Below, one piece after another: positions 1-4,885 of a stretch of 13,776 nucleotides of DNA. This DNA is from Candidatus Altiarchaeota archaeon (lineage in GTDB: Archaea; Altiarchaeota; Altiarchaeia; IMC4; SCGC-AAA252-I15): assembly GCA_026394745.1 (NCBI GenBank), contig JAPKXP010000112.1:1-13776 (forward strand). The letters are read 5' to 3'. Numbering within the stretch: the stretch's first letter is position 1; each line of letters opens with the position of its first letter. Position numbers and translations under genes: made by a program. The notes beneath the pieces were generated by a model. The model saw only the letters and a program-made list of their open reading frames with translations. It ran no database searches and had not been told where the DNA came from.

Positions 1-596
1 CCTTCCTGGATGAACCGCGTCACCAAACCATCCTGCTCCATCTGGATTGTGATGGAGTCCGTGTTGACTACGATGTCCGGCTGGCGTACTGGGGAACGCT
101 GCGCCTTCTGCGGTCCTGATACTGCAATCTGCGCGAACTCGTAGCTGCCGGTCTTGTCGGCAAGACGTAAGGCTCTTCTTGCGGGGTCTCCGGAAAGCTC
201 CACGTAAACGTCAATCTCGTCCATGTTCTTCGGGAGCTGGGTCGTGGTCTCGTATACGACGACGTGCGTGCCCTTCCGTGGGCCGGAGTATTCGCTCTGC
301 ATGTTGGTATACCCTATCTCGCTCGGCCTCCCATCCTTCACCTTCTCCACCTTCAGGCCTGAAGACTCCATGAGATGCCTCGTGATTGCGACGAGAGTCG
401 ACTTCTTGGATGCTGGAGGGCCGGTGAACAACACGTTTAGTGGACGCCCCAAAGATTCCTGCTTTAAAATAGCCTCTCCGATGAGCCTGCCGACCTCATT
501 CAAGTCTGCCCTGAGTTTCATTAATTCGGGGTTTAATTCTTTAGGAGGTAATCCTTCGAATCCTGCGGAGGATTCTTTAGGGGGGTGTAGTGCCAT
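1..596 (-). CDS. P-loop/AAA+-like NTPase-fold protein, N-terminus complete (ATG at 596-594), C-terminus runs off the window edge; deviant Walker A 'LFTGPPASKKST'
   Basis: Hand reverse-translation of 1-596 gives about 198 codons with no stop: MALHPPKESSAGFEGLPPKELNPELMKLRADLNEVGRLIGEAILKQESLGRPLNVLFTGPPASKKSTLVAITRHLMESSGLKVEKVKDGRPSEIGYTNMQSEYSGPRKGTHVVVYETTTQLPKNMDEIDVYVELSGDP... An in-frame stop at 603-605 bounds the 5' end. It is absent from the ORF track because no stop lies inside the window. 'hhFxGPPxxxKST' resembles the AAA+/RFC-box Walker A but has A and K where the two glycines should be. Confidence 0.5.
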   Translation of the reverse strand, partial: MALHPPKESSAGFEGLPPKELNPELMKLRADLNEVGRLIGEAILKQESLGRPLNVLFTGPPASKKSTLVAITRHLMESSGLKVEKVKDGRPSEIGYTNMQSEYSGPRKGTHVVVYETTTQLPKNMDEIDVYVELSGDPARRALRLADKTGSYEFAQIAVSGPQKAQRSPVRQPDIVVNTDSITIQMEQDGLVTRFIQE

Positions 597-735
597 GGTA
601 GATTATACTCAGTATCTGGAAAAAAGCGTCTTAGAGATTAAGCTGAAGCTGATTTTGAGTTGGTTAGTGTGTAATTTAATAGCACATTGTCGTTAGTACC
701 ATGATTATATTAGTGTAATACTGTTACACATTAAA

Positions 736-1230
736 TCACACATAGTTCTCGACCATCACACGACAAGTATCATACTGAGTCTTGTTGCTGGAGAACATAC
801 CGCAACCGTCAAGATTCTTCCACAAGCCGAACGCGGACTGATAACAAACGTACCTGCCGCGGTCATTACTCATGCCCTCGCACCTGGACGGCTCGTTCCT
901 CGAAACAGCATTGCATATCACGCGGTCGTCGGCATTCCCGTATTCATTACACAAAGAAGGCTGCTTCAGCAAAGTCGCCCTGCATGCAGCATTAGCGTTG
1001 TCGCTGGTCTTTTCGCAAAGCGAAACATCATCACTCCACAAAGCCTTCTTCCAAAAGCAAACGTCCCTTGAATTAGAATCCAACGCATTACAGTCCCAGA
1101 CTTTCGGCTTCAAAGTGGTCGTAGACGATTTCAGCGTCGATACGGTAGTATCATCGCCATCTGGAGTCCCACAGCAGATGCAACCACCGAAAAAAACAAG
1201 GAGGATGACAAGCACAAAAACCAAACGCAT
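736..1230 (-). CDS. Cys-rich secreted/membrane-anchored protein with five tandem 'C-x11-13-C' repeats and an N-terminal hydrophobic anchor followed by GGCICCG
   Basis: ATG at 1230-1228, TGA at 738-736. The N-terminus MRLVFVLVILLVFFGGCICCG is a signal/anchor. The body has the repeats DCNALDSNSRDVC / LCEKTSDNANAAC / LCNEYGNADDRVIC / RCEGMSNDRGRYVC / GCGMFSSNKTQYDTC. A TATA-like TTTTTATC lies about 23-30 nt upstream. Confidence 0.6.
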   Translation of the reverse strand: MRLVFVLVILLVFFGGCICCGTPDGDDTTVSTLKSSTTTLKPKVWDCNALDSNSRDVCFWKKALWSDDVSLCEKTSDNANAACRATLLKQPSLCNEYGNADDRVICNAVSRNEPSRCEGMSNDRGRYVCYQSAFGLWKNLDGCGMFSSNKTQYDTCRVMVENYV

Positions 1231-1305
1231 AAAGAAGTATTGTAATTGAAGATAAAAACCGATATTTTTAGCCTAGCACAGAGAAATATTTAAGGGTGAA
1301 TCCAA
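1231..1305. promoter_or_regulatory. Divergent A/T-rich promoter region between two Cys-rich protein genes
   Basis: 75-nt AT-rich spacer. On the minus strand TTTTTATC sits about -25 from the ATG at 1230. On the plus strand AAATATTTAA is followed by GGGTGA, an SD-like match to GGAGGTGA, 7 nt before the ATG at 1306. Confidence 0.3.
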
Positions 1306-1641
1306 ATGAAAAATAAAATACTTCCGGCGTTCTTGATACTACTGCTCGCAGGCATCGCGCAGGCAGCAAGCCAGCAATGCGAGACAAACTATGACGAATG
1401 CATAACAACATGCTGCGAAAACTGCGGCTCCCATACGGACTACGACAACAAGGGCGACTTAGTCTGCGACGTAGGCAGCACACAAAACCTAAAGCAGGAA
1501 TGTATTGAAGAATGCCTGCCATGCAGCACGGAATACCAGGACTGCGCAAGCCAGCCAGACAACGAAGGCGCTGGTTGCTGCTGCATCTCCATCGTGGTGC
1601 CATTGGTAACACTACTCACGGCGGCAATCGCAAAAGCGTAG
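1306..1641 (+). CDS. Small Cys-rich secreted protein (13 Cys in 111 aa) with signal peptide and C-terminal 'GCCC-hydrophobic-KA' membrane tail
   Basis: ATG at 1306, TAG at 1639-1641. N-terminus MKNKILPAFLILLLAGIAQA-ASQQ is a signal peptide. The C-terminus is ...GAGCCCISIVVPLVTLLTAAIAKA*. An SD-like GGGTGA lies upstream. Only 27 nt separate it from tspO, so the two are probably co-transcribed. Confidence 0.6.
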   Translation: MKNKILPAFLILLLAGIAQAASQQCETNYDECITTCCENCGSHTDYDNKGDLVCDVGSTQNLKQECIEECLPCSTEYQDCASQPDNEGAGCCCISIVVPLVTLLTAAIAKA

Positions 1642-1668
1642 AATAGAAGACGGTATGTCCATTGCCCC

Positions 1669-2154
1669 ATGGAAAGAACAAGCTTCAAACTCGATGACAT
1701 CGTAAAGCTTATCGCATGCGTGCTAGTCTGCGAGCTCGCGGGGGTAGTAGGCTCGATATTCGCCATATCCGCCATCCCGACTTGGTACGCCGGCTTGAAT
1801 AAGCCGTTCTTCACGCCGCCGAACTGGGTTTTCGCGCCAGTTTGGACCGCACTCTACCTGCTGATGGGAGTATCGCTTTACATCGTCTGGAAACGCGGTT
1901 TTTCAGGAAACATAGCAAGGCTTGCTTTTGCGATACAATTAGTGTTAAACACCTTATGGTCGGTGGTATTCTTCGGCCTCAAGTCCCCTCCAGCAGGCGT
2001 CGTAGTGATAGTAATGCTGTGGACAGCAATCCTGGCGACAATCATAGAATTCCGGAAAACCTCGAAAACCGCGGCCGCGCTGCTCGCACCGTACCTGCTA
2101 TGGGTGAGCTACGCGACATTACTGAACATATCAGTAGTGCTGCTGAACCCGTAA
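1669..2154 (+). CDS. tspO: TspO/MBR family tryptophan-rich sensory protein (five-TM tetrapyrrole-binding membrane protein)
   Basis: Carries the hallmark 'FFTPPNWVFAPVWTALYLLMG' and 'LLAPYLLWVSYATLLN' motifs of the TspO family. ATG at 1669; size and hydrophobicity profile are typical. Confidence 0.88.
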   Translation: MERTSFKLDDIVKLIACVLVCELAGVVGSIFAISAIPTWYAGLNKPFFTPPNWVFAPVWTALYLLMGVSLYIVWKRGFSGNIARLAFAIQLVLNTLWSVVFFGLKSPPAGVVVIVMLWTAILATIIEFRKTSKTAAALLAPYLLWVSYATLLNISVVLLNP

Positions 2155-2189
2155 GAAGAAGGATTGCCCGCAACCACTCCAGAAAAGGA

Positions 2190-2297
2190 CTACCTCTTCG
2201 CAGCCCCGTAAGAACCCCTCTTGCCTTCTTTCCTAGCCTTCATCCGCTTCTTCAGCTTCTGACGGTCCCGGAAACTGTTCTTTCTTTGCTTTGTCAT
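2190..2297 (-). CDS. Candidate 35-aa highly basic peptide, leaderless: MTKQRKNSFRDRQKLKKRMKARKEGKRGSYGAAKR
   Basis: Hand translation on the minus strand: ATG at 2297-2295, TAG at 2192-2190, with an in-frame stop just upstream at 2303-2301. An A7 tract at 2324-2330 lies about 27-33 nt upstream and is TATA-like. Caveat: the minus strand here is purine-rich, which alone can produce K/R-rich open frames. Confidence 0.2.
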   Translation of the reverse strand: MTKQRKNSFRDRQKLKKRMKARKEGKRGSYGAAKR

Positions 2298-2373
2298 GTT
2301 CTATTTATTGCAGCATGGGATTAAAAAAACAATTGATGACTCCCTAAAGTTAAATGCTTTAACTCCCTTTATT

Positions 2374-2426
2374 ATATGCAATCACATTTGATTTTTTAAA
2401 AGTAAAAATTTAAGTGATTGCATATA
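2374..2426. promoter_or_regulatory. Perfect 13-bp inverted repeat TATATGCAATCAC ... GTGATTGCATATA with a 27-nt A/T-rich spacer
   Basis: Read directly: the arms sit at 2374-2386 and 2414-2426. The spacer atttgattttttaaaagtaaaaattta contains a T6 run. It lies in the 333-nt tspO-ICMT intergenic region. Confidence 0.7.
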
Positions 2427-2428
2427 TC

Positions 2429-2468
2429 GAATTGCCTAATAAAAAAAGTTCAATTATTTAGGCAATTC
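2429..2468. promoter_or_regulatory. Perfect 11-bp inverted repeat GAATTGCCTAA ... TTAGGCAATTC (18-nt spacer), immediately upstream of a weak TATA for the ICMT gene
   Basis: Arms at 2429-2439 and 2458-2468. It sits 3 bp after the first palindrome and about 30-70 nt upstream of the ATG at 2497, overlapping the expected BRE/TATA position (TATTACA at about 2471-2477). Confidence 0.7.
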
Positions 2469-2496
2469 GCTATTACATCAAAACTGTTTGATTACG

Positions 2497-3189
2497 ATGA
2501 AAACCTACCGCATGGCATACTTAACGGTATTGTGTCTGGCTCTCGTGCTGCTGTTGCCCTCATTGTTCGAACACTTCCTGTGGCTTAGCGGGGGTAAGGG
2601 GCTGCGCTATATCTTCAGTGGCAGGTGGGATATCGCAGCCATGAACATAGTCTTCTTCGGCTTGTTTCTAGTCCTAGTCTCTTACAGAAGGCGGGTCGAC
2701 TGGCGTTCGAAGGGAATATACTCCGCGTTCATAATCGCATTGTTCGCCGAGATGTACGGGTTCCCGCTTACGGCATACTTCGTATCCAACTATTTTGGGG
2801 TCGTTGACGTTGACTACAGGCCGTTGTATACCGTCTCGTTCAGCTTTCTTGGGGTTTGGTACAAGCTATCGACAATGATGATGATAGGCGGTATCGTAAC
2901 GGTCATGGGACTTATACTCATAATACTGGGCTGGCGGGAGATATACAAGAACAAGAACGAGCTCACCACGACGGGAATCTACAAGTACTCGCGCCACCCG
3001 CAGTACCTCGGCATCCTGATGGTCGCGTTCGGCTGGCTGATACACTGGCCGACGGTGCTGATAATAGCCATGTTTCCTATTCTAGCCTACTCCTACGTCC
3101 AGCTGGCAAGGAAGGAAGAGGAGGAGGTCGGTAAGAAATTCCCTAAAGAATTCGAGAAATACGAGAAAGAGACTCCGATGATGCTGTAA
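2497..3189 (+). CDS. ICMT/PEMT-family membrane methyltransferase
   Basis: The C-terminal region 'ELTTTGIYKYSRHPQYLGILMVAFGWLIHWPTVLIIAMFPILAYSYVQLARKEEEEVGKKF' matches the ICMT family signature (TxGxYxxxRHPxY...EE). Multiple TM helices. The ORF-track start at 2488 is TTG. The first ATG is at 2497, with an alternative at 2512. Confidence 0.85.
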   Translation: MKTYRMAYLTVLCLALVLLLPSLFEHFLWLSGGKGLRYIFSGRWDIAAMNIVFFGLFLVLVSYRRRVDWRSKGIYSAFIIALFAEMYGFPLTAYFVSNYFGVVDVDYRPLYTVSFSFLGVWYKLSTMMMIGGIVTVMGLILIILGWREIYKNKNELTTTGIYKYSRHPQYLGILMVAFGWLIHWPTVLIIAMFPILAYSYVQLARKEEEEVGKKFPKEFEKYEKETPMML

Positions 3190-3306
3190 GCAAGAGACCA
3201 GACAGCACGATTATTTACTGATTCCTGCGCGGTTTTGATAATACTCTTCTTCACGTACTATATTTCAGTGGCAAAGGGGTGGAATTTCAAGAGGAGGTTT
3301 TTGGAG

Positions 3307-3390
3307 ATGGCGGCGATTAGTCTTGGGTTTTCAGGGTTGACTTTTGTCATAGGGTACGTTGTGAGGATATTTCTGGGTGTGGATGTGTGA
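3307..3390 (+). CDS. Candidate 27-aa single-TM micro-protein MAAISLGFSGLTFVIGYVVRIFLGVDV
   Basis: A strong Shine-Dalgarno GAGGAGG (3291-3297) lies 9 nt before the ATG at 3307. Stop TGA at 3388-3390. A TATA-like TACTATATTT sits at 3255-3264. The peptide is entirely hydrophobic with one internal Arg. It is below the ORF-track length cutoff. Confidence 0.3.
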   Translation: MAAISLGFSGLTFVIGYVVRIFLGVDV

Positions 3391-3414
3391 TTAGATAGTT
3401 CAACGTTAACGCAC

Positions 3415-3468
3415 ATAAAAAAGGGGGGTATATAAAACAATGTGCAATAATAAAACACACTATTGCAC
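3415..3468 (-). terminator. Hairpin GTGCAATA-N11-TATTGCAC overlapping the serpin stop codon, followed on the minus strand by oligo-T tracts (TTGTTTTATATACCCCCCTTTTTT)
   Basis: The perfect 8-bp arms sit at 3443-3450 and 3461-3468, spanning the serpin TAG at 3460-3462. Downstream on the transcript come a T4 and a T6 run plus a C6 homopolymer (G6 on the plus strand at 3423-3428). This is consistent with archaeal oligo-U termination. Confidence 0.4.
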
Positions 3469-4821
3469 TGGATTCTCCAACCTGCCCATGAACAATATGT
3501 TCCCGCTCTTCCTATCTTGTATTACGAACACGAACGGATGGTCTGCATTGAAAACAGTCTGCGGGCGCACTGAAGTGAGGGCGACAATAACCGCAGTAGC
3601 CGCCGCAGCCTCAGTACCCTCCTCGTTCACGTCCACGTAAGCCTTGTGTATCACGTCGCTCACGTAAAGATTCCTCGAGCCGTCCATGCCGGAAAAGTCT
3701 GCGGCGCCCGGGTCAAAGGCAGAGCGCATGCCAAGCGCAGAAAGCTTCTGCGGCAGGGAGTACTGCGTCTCAAGCCTGAACTTAGGGATGTACACGTTAA
3801 CCTGCCCGGAATGTAGCATACTCCTGACAGCCTGAATCTTTTCCAACGTAAGTGCATCCTCCATATCCGATATTGAACCCTTAGGCAGGAGGATAAGCAT
3901 GGAAGTCTCGTTGCCGTCGTACAAAAGCTCCAACGCCTGAAGCTCGTCAGTCTCGGCGTAGTTGAAGACCGCATCCTTCCCAGTACGCCTCATCATCTCG
4001 GCCTTCACGGTCTTTCCGGGGGAGACGGTGAAGTCCTGCACGCTAGTCTCGTCGGCGTTAAACTGCTTAAGCCAAGTGCCCTTAAAGTATATCGCGTTGG
4101 TGAGAACTAGGCGCGTCATCTGATTCAACGCGCCGGCGGGAATCAAGTCCCGAATCTTGTCGTTAGTCTTGTCCTCCACCCACGAGTTAATCGTCTTCCT
4201 CGAACCCTCAGCGTCGCCGACGTAGTCCAAGGCTGACACCTCGCCGCCGTAATATTCCCTGACCACCTGCACGTACTCGCCCCGGAAGAGATAATCCTTC
4301 TGAGGCCACAGCGCGTTCGCGGTGTAAAGCTGGTATCCGGACTTTACGGAATTGATTCCCAAAAAAAGAGACTTAAAGCTTTCCCTACGCGCCGCATCGT
4401 CAGCCGGCAGGTGCAGGACTGCCATCATCTCATCGGCGGTCCCTCCGCGCGCGCCCTCGAAAGTCATCGCCAAAGCCGCGGAAACGCTGAACGGGGAGAA
4501 GAAAACGTTCCCGCCGCCAAGCTTCTTGTACAGTTCGAGCGCGAAACGGTTGTTAGCCTCTACGACGCTCAAGCCCTCGTCGCACCTTGGAGGGCTGGCG
4601 CACCCGCACTCGTCCACGACGCCGGGAATTATGGTGCCGTTAACGCACCAGCCGGGCGCGGGCGATGAGAGCATAGGACACTCGCCGCAGCCGCCTCCCG
4701 GAGGCAGCGTAGGCATGGGTAGAGTAGATGAAACTGGGGGAGATGGACTCCATCCTGAAAAAACAAATCCTAGCACGCACAAACCCAAAACAGCCAACAC
4801 GACGACAAAACGCAAGTCCAT
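3460..4821 (-). CDS. Serpin (inhibitory type) with N-terminal membrane anchor, Pro-rich linker and a 6-Cys module preceding the serpin core
   Basis: The C-terminal 'FNADHPFVFVI' is a perfect fit to the PROSITE serpin signature. The hinge 'EEGTEAAAATA' (P17 E, P15 G, P14 T, P12-P9 AAAA) indicates an inhibitory serpin. Helix-A-like 'EANNRFALELYKKL' is present. The N-terminus is MDLRFVVVLAVLGLCVLGFVF (anchor), then SPSPPVSSTLPMPTLPP, then CGECPMLSSPAPGWCVNGTIIPGVVDECGCASPPRCDE. Confidence 0.9.
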   Translation of the reverse strand: MDLRFVVVLAVLGLCVLGFVFSGWSPSPPVSSTLPMPTLPPGGGCGECPMLSSPAPGWCVNGTIIPGVVDECGCASPPRCDEGLSVVEANNRFALELYKKLGGGNVFFSPFSVSAALAMTFEGARGGTADEMMAVLHLPADDAARRESFKSLFLGINSVKSGYQLYTANALWPQKDYLFRGEYVQVVREYYGGEVSALDYVGDAEGSRKTINSWVEDKTNDKIRDLIPAGALNQMTRLVLTNAIYFKGTWLKQFNADETSVQDFTVSPGKTVKAEMMRRTGKDAVFNYAETDELQALELLYDGNETSMLILLPKGSISDMEDALTLEKIQAVRSMLHSGQVNVYIPKFRLETQYSLPQKLSALGMRSAFDPGAADFSGMDGSRNLYVSDVIHKAYVDVNEEGTEAAAATAVIVALTSVRPQTVFNADHPFVFVIQDRKSGNILFMGRLENPVQ

Positions 4822-4885
4822 AACAAAAGATTAAACAGCGACGTTAAAAAACACGATAGGGATAGTAAGGGAAAAACCGGAACAA

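Noticed and set aside
179-696. Plus-strand ORFs 179-373 and 223-696
   Set aside because: They are antisense to the edge-truncated minus-strand gene at 1-596, which reads through about 198 codons without a stop and has protein-like composition with a P-loop-like motif. The plus-strand translations lack any motif.
597-735. Short repeats in the 139-nt spacer (AAGCTGAAGCTG tandem; TTAGTGT(GT)AAT direct repeat; GTGTAA-N5-TTACAC dyad)
   Set aside because: All are 8 bp or shorter, or imperfect, within an AT-rich promoter or terminator region, and are compatible with chance.
1842-2324. 160-aa plus-strand ORF overlapping tspO and extending into the intergenic region
   Set aside because: It overlaps the unambiguous TspO frame for about 300 nt. 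Its translation is Arg/Ser/Pro-rich nonsense. Only its 3' tail (2155-2324) is unassigned, and that tail is better explained by the opposite-strand 35-aa basic ORF or by no gene at all.
3258-3458. 66-aa minus-strand ORF in the ICMT-family/serpin intergenic region
   Set aside because: It has no SD or TATA in a sensible position and its translation has no features. The opposite-strand 27-aa micro-ORF with a perfect SD explains the open frame better.
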